In this document: piece by piece, positions 39,311-54,013 of the stretch
Layout: each line of letters opens with the position of its first letter
Position numbering within the stretch: position 1 is the first letter of the stretch
Assembly (NCBI GenBank): GCA_964016885.1
Contig: OZ024740.1
Coordinates: 110,236,001 to 110,300,000, forward strand
Reading direction: 5' to 3'
Length of the DNA: 64,000 nt
DNA from: Eledone cirrhosa
Taxonomy: Eukaryota
Translations under genes and position numbers: made by a program
The notes under the pieces: generated by a model
Told to the model about the DNA's origin: nothing
Seen by the model: the letters and a program-made list of their open reading frames with translations, nothing else
Databases searched by the model: none

Positions 39311-42300
39311 ATGGATGTGTTAAGAGTAGGATGTTTGAATGCACGTGGCCTGGGCTCAACTTGGAAGCAAGCAAAGCTTCTAAATGACCTCAGGTCATAT
39401 AGTATAAATGTAATGGTTATCTGTGAGACTCGAATCAGCGTCGTGCGGCAGCTGGCCCCCACCTTCGATGACTTTGAGGTGCATGCATCTCTCTGTCAAC
39501 CTGGAGGTGAGGGTGGGGTTGTCGTACTGCTGCAAAAACACCTGGGTCTTGCCGTACAGGTTGTGCACTCGGACCCGGAGGGTCGTTTGTTGGTGCTAGA
39601 CGTTGGCAGTAGTGAAAGTGCGGCCTTGAGACTGGTCGCCGTCTACTCCCCTTTCGGAGCTGAACGGCCCGACTTCTTCCAGCGTTTGGAGACTTTTCTG
39701 GGAACGTCGCGTTCCCTGCTTCTAGCGGGGGATTGGAATGACATCCTGGATGCACGTTGGGACTATGCAGGAGCATGTCCTAATAGAGGGGGGGGGGGTG
39801 TAACAGCCTCAAGGGGTTACTCGACCGTTTTAACTTGGTCGATAGATATCGACTAGATTTTCCAACTGTGCCTACCTGGACTTGGAGAAACCACAGTGGT
39901 CAATCTAGATCGTACTTAGATAGATTCTTAGTTAGAAGTAAGGATAGGGACATATTAAGCTGTCCAGAAATGCGCACGGTTGGCTACACGGATCACAAAT
40001 TAGTGACCTGCGTGGTCAATCTCGAGAAAACACATAGACAGGGTCCCGGTTACTGGAAACTTAATTTGTCTTTACCGGCAAAAGAGACTTACAGAAACCG
40101 GATTAGCAGATTAGTTAAGGAGAGGTTGACGGGTGCAATCGTCAACAACCGATGGTGGGCATCTCTCAAAAGAGAGATTAGAACAGAATCAATAAGTTAT
40201 AGCAAGATGTTAGCTGCCGATAGGAATAGAAACGAGAAAGAATTAACAGGTAAATTAGAAGAGGCAATCAAGAGCGAAGATGTGGCCAGAGTGCTGGCAT
40301 CGAGGACGGCCTTGAACCAGTTTTTCGATGCAAAGCACGAAGGCTGCGTCATTCGAAGTAAAATACGTGCTCTAGGTAATGAGGGGGCCAAAGCCGTTGG
40401 ATGGGCCCGCGTGACAGAAGCTAAGAGTGGAAATCGATCCACCATCCGGTCGTTGCAAGACGAAGATGGACGGGTGATCCGGGAGCCTAAGCAGATGTGC
40501 GAGGCCTTTCAAAGGCACTTTGCCCGATTGTTCGGGGTAGGCGAGGGTCCGGGCAGGGGCGTGGATTTCGGTCCATACCTCGACGGCCTGCCGCGTCTCT
40601 CGAACGAAGAGGCAGAGTCCTACGAGGGACCAATCTCGGCTGATGAGATCGGAGATGCGCTGAGCCAATGCAGCAGACGCAAATCTCCAGGTCTCGATGG
40701 TATACCTTACGAACTTTATTTAGCAATGCCGGTCTTCTTCTCCGAACTCCTCGAAGCGGTCTACTGCAATTGGCAGCAGAACGGGAGAATTCCTTGTTCT
40801 GTAGCCAAGGGCGTAGTCACGCTGGTGAGGAAGGACGAGAACAAGGGGGATAGTATAAATAATTTTCGGCCCATAACTCTGCTAAACACAGAGTTAAAGA
40901 TTTTGGCCAAGGTGTTAGCAAAGAGGTTGGCGCTTGTCGTGGGTGGCCTGGTGGGAGATGCGCAGACATGTGCTATCCCATCCAGGTCCATTCACGATAA
41001 CCTCCACCTCATGCGATACATCATAGAGAGGGTTGGCAACAAACCCGGCTTCGGTGGGGCCCTGATCAACTTGGATCAGTCTAAGGCCTTCGATAGGGTC
41101 GACCATGGTTACCTGGATGCGGTGCTAGCGGCGGCTGGGTTCGGTCCTGTTTTCAGAGGCTGGATCACTGCCCTACATAGCAACCACATCTGTTCTAGGA
41201 TCAAGGTGAACGGCTACCTTTCGAAGCCGTTCGAAATCACACGATCCATTCGACAGGGGTGCCCTCTCTCCTCCCTTCTGTACGTATTGACTCTCGAGCC
41301 TTTACTGAGGAAGTTGGAGTTGTTGCAGGGTATCCCCCTGGAACCAGGATTGAGCAAAGCGGTGTCGGCCTACGCCGATGACGTAACAGTAATGGTATCA
41401 ACCGACTCGGAGATCGAGGCGATCGGTACCTTACTGGAGGAGTACGAAAGGTTGTCAGGAGCGAAACTGAACCGGGAAAAATCCATCGGGCTGCAACTCG
41501 GAACGTGGAGAGGCAGACCGATGCCTCCTGACGGTGTCGTCGGACACTGGACGGAGGGCCCGGTAAAGTTGCTTGGGGTCTGGTTTGGACCGGACCTCCA
41601 GGTGGAAAAGAACTGGAACGAGGTTACGAACAAGGTGTTTGCACTAACCCAGAAATGGGCCAAGTGTAAGCTGTCCCTAAAAGGCCGGGCGGAGGTGGCG
41701 AACATTTACATAGCGTCCGTCACTTACTACCGCCTGACTGTCGTGCCTTGCCCTAAGGAAACACTCACCACCATGGAACGCATGCTCTTCCAATTTCTTT
41801 GGAAGAAGCGTCCTCCTATGGTGAGAAGATCCATCTGCTGCCAACAACCTTCGAAAGGAGGGCTGGGGATGCCGTGGTTGATGATGCGTAGGCACGCATT
41901 AAGGCTACGGCACCTACAGGTATTCCTCACTGGTCAACCGGTGTGGGCTCCGTTCGTGAAACGAGCCTTTCCGAGACTCGTCTCGCTCACCGAGCTACAG
42001 TCCTGGGTCAAGCAAAGATCCGGAAAACTGGGAGACTGGCACACTGAGTGTGCTCAGGAACTCAGGGCTCTCTGGCAAGCGGGCCAGGCCATCGGTGGAG
42101 AATCCACCTCATCATTCTATAGAGGGCTGGTGGCTAGCAGGGGCGATGACACCCTTGGAGAGTCGCTGGACATGGAAGAAGACGAACTGGCCAGCCTGTT
42201 CGGTAGGACTTTCGGCCCAGGACCAATGGACAACTTCCAGAAGTCACTGGCCTGTCAGTGCTACAGGGGGGCTCTACCCGTTCGAGAGAGGCTCTACAGA

Positions 42301-42753
42301 CACGGGCGCCCGGGCAGGGATCCCTCAAAAAAGATTTGCCCTAGATGCGTGCGTCACGAAGAAACCGTTGCGCACGCATTGGTGCAATGTCCGGGCGTGG
42401 CTGATCTGTGGGGCTACGCCGAACGACTGCTGTCGCGGGTGGCGCCGATTAAATTGACCGCCGAGTTCGTGATGACAATCAAACCGCCTCCCCTCTTCAT
42501 AAAGGAAGCAAAGGCGGTTTTTCTGTGCGTAATAGCCATGTTGAAAGAGGTTGTTTGGTGGACACAATTGAAAGGTCTGAGGTCAGGCAACTTCCTCTCT
42601 GGCCATAGTCTGGTCTACTTCTTCCGATATCACTTCGGAAGAAGGATAAGAATGGAGAGAGAGGTGCTTGGCCACAGGCAGTTTTATGAAAGGTGGGTGA
42701 TAGTGGCGAGAATGGCTCGTGTAAATGGGCCTTCTCTGTATACCATCCTGTAG
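39311..42753 (+). pseudogene. ORF2 APE-RT-Zn finger of copy E; only visible frame lesion is a G11 run at 39788-39798
   Basis: Open upstream and for 972 codons downstream of the poly-G; APE, RT (YADD) and CPRC motifs present. Confidence 0.93.
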
Positions 42754-43319
42754 GTAAAGAAGTAAAGGAGAGGGGAGCACCTTCTCCATGTGCTCCCCGG
42801 GCAAAGGATTGCACACTTTTTCGGGGGTGTGTGCAACCCCCATCACGTCCTCTCCCTTTTGAGGTTATTTTCGATTATTTTCATGTTACACCCTTTTTAC
42901 TCGATTATATGTAAACTCCCCCTTTGTATTTGTCCCTTCTTTTTATGCCTTTATGGTAAATAAAGAAATCTATCTATCTATCTATCTATACGTACATGCC
43001 TCTGTGTGTGTGAGACATACTATGTGTGCCTTGTATACTAAACACAACACAACACGACACAGCACGACTCAAAAATCACAGTAACACCATACATTTATAA
43101 GCCGAATGTTGCATTACTATGCGACGACAAAAATATCACCAGCCAAGATTGGTTACAGGCGTTTTATCACTTTAAAATAATAGATCCCCATTTGCATATA
43201 AATCATTATGAGATTTGTGTGAGTGTGTGTTTCCTATTTTAAAAAATGTTGCCACTAGCTGAATAATAATTGGCGAAATTAATAAATAAATATAAATTCA
43301 GGCACAAGTGAAAGTATAA

Positions 43320-43940
<621 letters not shown>

Positions 43941-44274
43941 TGTTGGTTTTATTTTTTGAACGAAACGACAGCACATACAAACAAAAGCTCACAAAACCCG
44001 TCAGTGAATTGGAAGTGTTTCAGATTTGGGTGTTCGTGTTCTCCTTTTATAAGAGATTCTTCATGTAAGATCAAATTGAAATGTTTGGCGGTAATGTATG
44101 TATGTATGTATGTATGTATGTATGTATGTATGTATGTATGTATGTATGTATGTATGTATGAATGTATGTATGTATGTCGCTGTCTTTCTCTCTCTTTCTT
44201 TCTCTCTCTCTATATGTATGTGTACATGTAAATATACATACATTTATACATACTATATATATACACACACACAA

Positions 44275-44342
<68 letters not shown>

Positions 44343-44814
44343 TATATATATAATATAATATAACACATGCACATATGTGAAAATACATATACATCCAAAC
44401 AGACATATGCACATATACATACACACACATGCATACATACATAAATACATACATACATACATAATACCTACATACATACATACATACATACATACATACA
44501 TACATACATAATACATAAATACATACATACATATATACATATATATGCGCTTATTATTGAGCAAAAAGAACTAAATGATTAAACACAAAAAATAAGCAAA
44601 AATAAATATAGAAAGGAAAACCAAAAATAAAATAAGATCCTCTTGAAACCCCCTAAAACCTATCAAGTCCTTACTAGCAGACTGGCGGACAATAGCTTCA
44701 AGGGACTCTCTGACACTTGAAGGAAATATGCGTTTTCTAGTATAATTGATGGCAGGAAAAAATTATGGTAAAAATACCAGCAATCCGCTAACGAAAATAG
44801 CTTGAAATGGCGAT

Positions 44815-44910
44815 GGCGTTGGATTGGCAGTATCGGTAGAGGGTCGGAGGCTATGCTTTGCAGCACAGAGTTACGCCCCTTTATGATCTGAGTTCAAATC
44901 CCGCCAAGGT
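44815..44910 (+). mobile_element. tRNA-derived SINE head
   Basis: A-box-like TGGCAGTATCGG and B-box GAGTTCAAATCC; reverse complement of the copies at 59.8-62 kb. Confidence 0.7.
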
Positions 44911-44974
44911 ATATATATATACATATATATATGTATATGTATATATATATAAATATGTATATATATATATATAG

Positions 44975-45082
44975 GAAAAAGTATGACAGCGACGGCAGAG
45001 CTCAAGCCGTTTCGACGGCTATTTCAGTCCAGAAATAGCAGTCGAAACGGCTTGAGCTCTGCCGTCGGGGTCATACTTTTTC
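44975..45082. repeat. Near-perfect 108-bp inverted repeat (hairpin)
   Basis: About 51-bp arms with a few mismatches around a 6-nt loop AGTCCA. Confidence 0.95.
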
Positions 45083-45158
45083 ACATTTCCCACTCTACTA
45101 CTCTAAGTATTGAGTACTCTGGTGCGTTATGGTACATCTGGTCCCCTACCACAATTCC

Positions 45159-45218
<60 letters not shown>

Positions 45219-46185
45219 ATATATCTACTATATAAATTGACACAGTTATGCAGAATGACCCGAGGAGGCGTTGGGTCGACTTTCAAGCTACAAGCTTCCA
45301 TGGTTACGGAGAAAATCGATGAAACAGGAATTTCCCATTCAAATTGAACTAAGAGTAATCTCTGAACGCAGAAGTAAATATTTCGAGAAACGTTGCAAGC
45401 GAACGAAAACAGGAAGACGATATTTTAGTTCGTGAAGACGTTCTCTGGCAATGAACGGGAAAAAAGCGAGGATAATACGTCGTTATGTAGAACGAGAAGA
45501 ACAATTTCATGCAAAAACAAGACCAAGTTTATGGTGTAAATGGAGTCGTTAGACTAATATTCTATTTAAAATAACAGAATGATTTCCAGCCCCGGAGTTT
45601 AAGAATGATGTAAATAAAATTGAAAACGAAAATGACAGAGATTATTAAAATAGTAAAAGTAAATAGTGAAGTACATACGTACGCCCCGACGGACATACAC
45701 ATACATACGCACACACAAATATATACACACCCACACACTTATATATATATGTGTGTGTGTGTGTGTGCATATAAATTAATAAATATATTTATATATATAT
45801 ATTTATGTAGGTGTATAAATACACACTCCCATACACATGTATATATATGAGATCTTTAATATATCTCATATAAAATAATACAGCCAATTATCCACACAAT
45901 ACAATATAGTTACCACTCCAAACTTTTAATTGGGAATATACTCCGGTATTTCCTAATGTTTGTTGAGTGAGTTGGAAATCGCTCGGTGTATCGCTAATAG
46001 CTTTCTCCGTTTATGTAGTTATGTAATATACTCTTGGATCACCAGCCATGAACTTTCCCGATATAAGGTATGACTCTCTTTATTTATTTTTTTATATGAA
46101 TATTGATTGTTTGTTCCTGTATCTCATATCTGTTATTTTGCCTGAGAAAATATCTCTATGTGTCCTTAAACGGTACACACATATA

Positions 46186-46952
46186 TTACGCCGTACAGTG
46201 TTCAGGCAACCATCGTCACCTTTTTGTTCAACACTGACACAGGAACGATGTACTAGTTTCAAGCTTATTAGCTATCGTCAGCATCGTATACCTTTCTGTC
46301 AGATGGTTGAACGTTTGAAAGTATATACTTTCCTTATGCATTTGTTTACAAACAAACCGAGCATTATAATAAATGTTCGGTAAACCCATACGTACATATA
46401 TATATATGTGTGCATGTATGTATATATATACATACTACTGTACATCTGTATACATATATGTATGTACGTATACATACTTACATTTAAGTACCAGCCGTAC
46501 TAAGAGTGAGAAATGAAATTTCGTTTCATTCTTTTCCTTTTATCGTTTTCGGTGCGCCCGGCCGACTAACTCACTCGATATGCAAATTAGGCTGCTCAGC
46601 CGTTAATATGCATAAGGAAAGTATATACCATCTGACAGAAAAGTATACGATGCTGACGATAGCTAATAAGCTTGAAACTAGTACATCGTTCCTGTGTCAG
46701 TGTTGAACAAAAAGGTGACGGTGGTTGCTAGACACTGTACGGCGTAATTCGGGCTGTTTGTTTACAAACACACCGAGCATTATAATAAATGTTCGGTAAA
46801 CCCATATGTGCATATATATATGTGTGCATGTATGTATATATATACATACTACTGTACGTCTGTATACACTTATGTATGTACGTATACATACACACTTACA
46901 TTTAAGTACCAGCCATACTAAGAGTGAGAAATGAACTTTCGTTTCATTCTTT

Positions 46953-46953
<1 letters not shown>
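46186..46953. repeat. Unclassified interspersed repeat, two rearranged adjacent copies
   Basis: 46186-46340 is the inverse of 46607-46748; 46341-46533 is directly repeated at 46759-46952. Confidence 0.85.
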
Positions 46954-47003
<50 letters not shown>

Positions 47004-47244
47004 GCATGTATTTATGTGTGTGTGGAGTGAGATTGGTGGTGGATGGATGATTAAAAATACATTTTAAATAGGTTCCTCCCGTGTCCTTCTCTGAATATTT
47101 AATATGATTAAATTCTCGTTTGCTGTTGGCATCATTCAAGATACGACCGTCTGCTCTTTGAGTTTTAGTAGTTGATTGGTTGATTTCAGGTTTTTTGGTG
47201 TTTGTATATGTGTGTGTATGACATTTTGTTTCTATACGACACTG

Positions 47245-50200
47245 TTACAACAATAAAAACAACAACAAGAACAGTAGCAACAACAACAGGAATAGCAGGA
47301 ACAACAATAGCGCTAGCAACAAACACTAAGAACCATACTAGAAATAACAATAACAACAACATCAGCAGCACCATCGACAACAAGAGAAACGAAATACAAG
47401 AGAAATGACACAACAACATAGACAAGAATAAACAAAATCGATATACAACAACAACAACACCAACAATTGCAACAGTAAATCAATATAGACAAGAACAACA
47501 ACAACAACAGAAATTGCATAGAGCACCAACAGCACCAACAATAGAGGCAGAAACAATAATACTAACAGCAATATTAGCTACAATAATTATAACAACAACA
47601 ACACCAGCAATAACATTATCAACAACAAAAAAAACAACGATAGCAATAGCAATAACAACAACAACAACAACAGTAAGAACAGCAATGGCAACAACAACAG
47701 TAGCAACAACAATAACAACAGCAGTAACAATAGCAATGGCAACAACAACAGTAGCAACAACAATAACAACAGCAGTAACAATAGCAATAACAACAACAAC
47801 AGTAGCAATAGCAATAATAACAACAACAATAGCAACAACAATAACAACAACAGTAGCAATAGCAATAACAACAACAACAACAGTAGCAATAGTAATAATA
47901 ACAACAACAATAGCAACAACAATAACAACAACAGTAGCAATAGCAATAACAACAACAACAGTAGCAAAAGCAATGGCAACAATAATAGCAACAACAATAA
48001 CAACAACATTAACAACAACAATGGTAACAGCATCAGTAACAACAACACAAACAACAACAACAGTAACAACAACAGTAACAACAACAGTAACAACAACAGT
48101 AACAACAAGAACAGTAACAACAACAGTAACAACAACAACAGTAACAACAACAGTAACAACAACAACAGTAACAACAACAACAGTAACAACAACAACAGTA
48201 ACAACAACAACAGTAACAACAACAGTAACAACAACAAAAGTAACAACAACAACAGTAACAACAACAACAGTAACAACAGCAGCAACAAATACAACACTAA
48301 CAACAACAACACTAACAACAACAGTAACAACAACAACACTAACAACAACAACAGTAACAACAACAGTAGCAACAACAACAGTAACAACAACAGTAACAAC
48401 AACAGTAACAACAACTGTAACAACAACAACAGTAACAACAACAGCAACAACAACAGTAACAACAACAGTAACAACAACAGTAACAACAACAGTAACAACA
48501 ACAACAACAGTAACAACAACAGTAACAACAACAAGAGTAACAACAAGAGTAACAACAACAGTAACAACAACAACAGTAACAACAACAACAGTAACAACAA
48601 CAACAGTAACAACAACAGTAACAACAACAAAATAAACAACAACATCTGTAACAACAACAACAGTAACAACAACAGTAACAACAACATCTGTAACAACAAC
48701 AACAGTAACAACAACAGTAACAACAACAGTAACAACAACAACAGTAACAACAACAGTAACAACAACAACAGCAACAACAACAGTAACAACAACAGTACTA
48801 ACAACAACAACAGTAACAACAACAGTAACAACAACAGTAACAACAACAACAGCAGTAACAACAACAACAGTAACAACAACAGTAACAACAACAACAGTAA
48901 CAACAACAACAGTAACAACAACAGTAACAACAACAGTAACAACAACAGTAACAACAACAGTAACAACAACAACAGTAACAACAACAGTAACAACAACAGT
49001 AACAACAACAGTAACAACAACAACAGTAACAACAACAGTTACAACAACAGTAACAACAACAGCAACAACAACAGTAACAACAACAACAGTAACAACAACA
49101 ACAGTAACAACAACAGCAGTAACAACAACAACAGTAACAACAACAGTAACAACAACAACAGTAACAACAACAACATCAACAACAGTAACAACAACAACAG
49201 TAACAACAACAACAGTAACAACAACAGTAACAACAACAGTAACAACAACAGTAACAACAACAACAGTAACAACAACAGTAACAACAACATTAACAACTAC
49301 AACAGTAACAACAACTGTAACAACAACAACTGTAACAACAACAACAGTAACAACAACAGTAACAACAACAGTAACAACAACAGTAACAACAACTATAACA
49401 ACAACAACAGTAACAACAACAGTAACAACAACAACAGTAACAACAACAGTAACAACAACAGTAACAACAACAGTAACAACAACAGTAACAACAACAACAG
49501 TAACAACAACAGTAACAACAACAGTAACAACAACAGTAACAACAACAACAGTAACAACAACTGTAACAACAACAACAGTAACAACAACAACAGTAACAAC
49601 AACTGTAACATCAACAGTAACAACAACAACAACAACAACAGTAACAACAACAACAGTAACAACAACAACAGTAACAACAACAGTAACAACAACAGTAACA
49701 ACAACAACAGTAACAACAACAGTAACAACAACAACAGCAACAACAACAGTAACAACAACAACAACAACAGTAACAACAACAGTAACAACAACAACAACAG
49801 TAACAACAACAACAGTAACAACAACAGTAACAACAACAGTAACAACAACAGTAACAACAACAGTAACAACAACAGTAACAACAACAGTAACAACAACAAC
49901 AGTAACAACAACAACAGTAACAACAACAACAGTAACAACAACAGTAACAACAACAGTAACAACAACAACAACAGTAACAACAACAACAGTAACAACAACA
50001 ACAGTAACAACAACAAGAGTAACAACAACAGTAACAACAACAGTAACAACAACAGTAACAACAACAGTAACAACAATAACAGTAACAACAACAACAACAA
50101 CAACAGTAACAACAACAGTAACAACAACAGTTACAACAACAGTAACAACAACAGTAACAACAGCAGTAACAACAAAAGTAACAACAACAACAGTAACAAC

Positions 50201-50530
50201 AACAACAGTAACAACAACAGTAACAACAACAGTAACAACAACAACAACAGTAACAACAACAACAGTAACAACAACAACAGTAACAACAACAAGAGTAACA
50301 ACAACAGTAACAACAACAGTAACAACAACAGTAACAACAACAGTAACAACAACAGCAACAACAACTGTAACAACAACAGTAACAACAACAACAACACTAA
50401 CAACAACAGTAACAAGAGTAACAACAACAAGAGTAACAACAAGAGTAACAACAACAGTAACAACAACAACAGTAACAACAATAACAGTAACAACAACAAC
50501 AACAACAGTAACAACAACAGTAACAACAAT
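47245..50530. repeat. (AAC)n-derived 12/15-bp satellite AGTAAC(AAC)2-3
   Basis: About 3.3 kb of AAC runs punctuated by AGT. Confidence 0.95.
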
Positions 50531-50647
50531 AGTTCTTTGTTTGGTTTGAAATAAAGGTGTTCATAATTCTTTACCTCTATTAATGGTTGCCCTTGCACTT
50601 TCAACAAACAGCCATCGCTCCAAAATATTACACACACACACACACGC

Positions 50648-50745
<98 letters not shown>

Positions 50746-50757
50746 GACTCTATTTTG

Positions 50758-50795
50758 TACTCCTGAAGAAGAGCTTAAGCTCGACACGTCGAACT
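50758..50795 (+). ncRNA. Degenerate minimal hammerhead ribozyme motif (Penelope pLTR type)
   Basis: CTGAAGA-A-GAGC-TTAA-GCTC-GACA-C-GTC; the GAAA box is mutated to GACA and stem I is poor. Confidence 0.55.
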
Positions 50796-50829
50796 TTCTT
50801 TCCTCTTTCCGATATAAATATATATATAG

Positions 50830-50897
<68 letters not shown>

Positions 50898-51427
50898 CTT
50901 TTTCGCTAACTTTTTGAATAACCGCCTGGGACCGGGGTTATTTCCCTTGCCGGAATTAGCACGTGATAATTATAGATTCTACTAGCAGCTTATTGCAGCA
51001 ACATATAATTTATCACTTCCATCCCAGGAAGAACGATAAACCCGTTGAAAAATTGAATTCAACGTTCGGTCATCAATTGCCAGGAGCTTGCCTTACAAGT
51101 AAGTCGGATATTTGATTTTGGATTCAGAGAAACACTTTAAACGTCTATTCGTCTAATTCGTCTTAAACGTCTATTCGTCTAATTTGTCCAGGTGTACTTT
51201 TTCTCAACCTGATTAGTGCTATCGTTGCTCTGGTATACATATTGTGTGTTAGTTTAGCCTACCACAATGTTCGATTTGTCAAGCTTTTTAAACGTATGTT
51301 ATTACTCTAAGGACCTATCTTATCGAGTGCTTTGCTAACTCATCATTTCATATAAGTAGGCCGAATTCACTTGCAAACCGCCAGAGATTCGATTTTACTG
51401 ATTTCCAATTATATATATATATATATA

Positions 51428-51759
51428 AGTATGTATACGTACATACATATATGTGTACAGACGTACAGTCGTATGTATATATATACATACATGCACACAC
51501 ACATATATATATGTACCTATGGGTTTACCGAACATTTATTATAATGTTCGGTTTGTTTGTAAACAAACGGTCCGAATTACGCCGTACAGTGCTCGGCAAC
51601 CATTGTCGCCCTTTTGTTCAACACTGACACAGGAACGATATACTAGTTTCAAGCTTATTAGCTATCGTCAGCATCGTATACCTTTCTGCCATGATTGAAC
51701 ATTTGAAAGTATATACTTTCCTTATGCATATTAACGGCTGAGCAGCCTAATTTGCATAT
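51428..51759. repeat. Inverted copy of the 46578-46900 repeat
   Basis: Reverse-complement similarity over about 330 bp, ending GCCTAATTTGCATATC. Confidence 0.85.
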
Positions 51760-52679
51760 CATAGTTGCTCAAGAACACAACAAACTGCCCGAATAGAATC
51801 GACGACTTTATGATGATAATGACTACGACGACGACGATGACGATGATGATGATGTTGATGATGATGATGATGGGGATTATGTTGATGATGGTGATGGTTT
51901 GATCTCCTTTTATTAAAGATTCCTCCCCTCTGTCAATAATCCTTAGTTTTGTTTTTATCCTAACCCTAACCGCTACGACACACGTCTTCAACAGTGAAAA
52001 CATTGATTGGGAAGTGAAAAGGTTGGGAACAACTGATTTAGGTTAGTTGTGATAGACTTGAAGTTATGATCGCTATTATGAAGCGAAACAATCATTGAAT
52101 TGTATTGTTGTTGTAAGGTGACAAATCTAGAACTGTCTTCAGTCCTAAACCAAATAGACATTCCGCTATGGCGAATTACATGTAACAACGTTAAGACTTA
52201 AACAAACTTTTTAATGAAACAGCGTAATTCACACACAGAAATATTTATAAACCCCACCCCCAGCAAAACAACAACAAAACAACAAAAACAAAAACAAACT
52301 AAAAATCAAAAACAAAGCACAACAAAAATGTCATCAAAATGAAATAACGACTCAAGGGAAAGAACCAAAATTGGAAATATACAAAAAAAACAAAAAAAAA
52401 AAACAAGACCCACCCCCCCCAAAAAATAACAAAAAATAAACAAATAATATGTTTTGTACATTTTCAAAGTAAAGTCACGTGACTCGTTATTAAATTAAAA
52501 TAATAAATCATAACAATAATTATAACAATAAATAATTAAATTAACAACGAATCGTGATTTCAAACTGTCAACTTTCAAATATTTTAATTTTTGTGTGAGG
52601 AAAAATATAATCAATTTTGAAGATGGTCTAGTTGCTTCGTGTGTATATGTGTATACCTTTGTTTACATGCACACACACA

Positions 52680-52718
<39 letters not shown>

Positions 52719-52868
52719 CACACACAAATAGACAGACACAAGCCCCGGAGACATATATATATATATGTGTTTGTGTGTGTGTGTATGAGTGTGTGTGTGT
52801 GTGTGTATCTCCCCTCCTTCCTCCTCACTCTCATCCTCTCTTTCACTCTCTCTCTTTCTGTTTTATTC

Positions 52869-52940
<72 letters not shown>

Positions 52941-53960
52941 CATTTATCTATCTATCTATATATCTATATATAATTATTTCTACTTTAGGCACAAAGCCAG
53001 CAAATAACCCAGTACATTACTGGTACTTACTTAAGGATGAAAGGCAATGTTAACCTCGGCGGGAAGGAGTTGACGGACCCAGCATATTTATCAATGACAG
53101 GACCGGTTGTATCTCAGCGTACTCCATGGGCTATGTAAGATACATTCCCAGAGTATACACATAGTTATTCGCTTCAATACAACACACGTAAAACGGGTGC
53201 CTATAATGGTTCCTGGACTCGAGTTTCGGCCGCATTAATGCAATAGTAAGGTGCACTGCACCATCCGTCTGCATATATTATGCAAAAATGCACAATCGGC
53301 TAGTGCGACTTCATCAGCCCATGCCGGTCATGACTGTTCGTGACGACCAACACGGTAAAGCGTTTAGCAACTGGCACCCGATACGACCCTGTCTCTTGAC
53401 TAGCCACCGATTTACAAATTTTACGTGGTGGCGGGAGAATAGAAAATCAATCTTTTCGTTCCCGTCAAAAGCTCCCAGCCAACGTGTCTCACACACAAAT
53501 TATTAAGAGGTGAAAAGATGGCTATTAGAAATAGCAGTCCACATCGATGTATAATAGAATGGAAGCATTCGGCTCATGTCTCCAGGTCCCATGGCTAGAG
53601 GAAAGCGATAGTAACAATGGTAGTGCCAAAAACCTTTAACGGACTTTAAATGCGATTATCCATTATAGAGCAATATAGACTAGAAAATCAATCTTTTCAT
53701 TCCCGTCAAAAACTCTCAGCCAACGTGTCTCACATATAAATATAAATTTGTAGTAAGGTAGCTTGGATGCGTCCATAGGCGGTATGCCGGTTGAGCAGAA
53801 AAAGGATTTGCTTCGAAATCCCTAGACGTATCTGAGGAACATGCGAATCAAGAGTCAGGTTCGATCCACAAACAGATCGTACCTCGAGCTGTTCGCCGGA
53901 GAAACAATTGTAATACGTAATAAATTTGTGTTCCGATGCATCACTGATTCTTCGTTTTCC

Positions 53961-54013
<53 letters not shown>

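Larger units (their letters stand above)
37145..42967 (+). mobile_element. Full-length Tx1/L1-like retrotransposon copy E
   Basis: 5' UTR, ORF1, 33-nt spacer, ORF2, 3' UTR ending AATAAAGAA-(ATCT)5; (ATCT)n on both flanks. Confidence 0.94.

Noticed and set aside
15469-42846. Recurrent antisense ORFs inside Tx1 ORF2 copies
   Set aside because: Shadows of conserved GC-rich sense coding sequence, with variable boundaries
47514-48635. Thr-rich mucin-like ORF (also 1214-1948)
   Set aside because: Simple translation of AAC satellite; a 1-bp shift at 48633 ends it while the repeat continues; no signal peptide or flanking domains
51957-51971. Telomeric TAACCC repeat
   Set aside because: Only about two units
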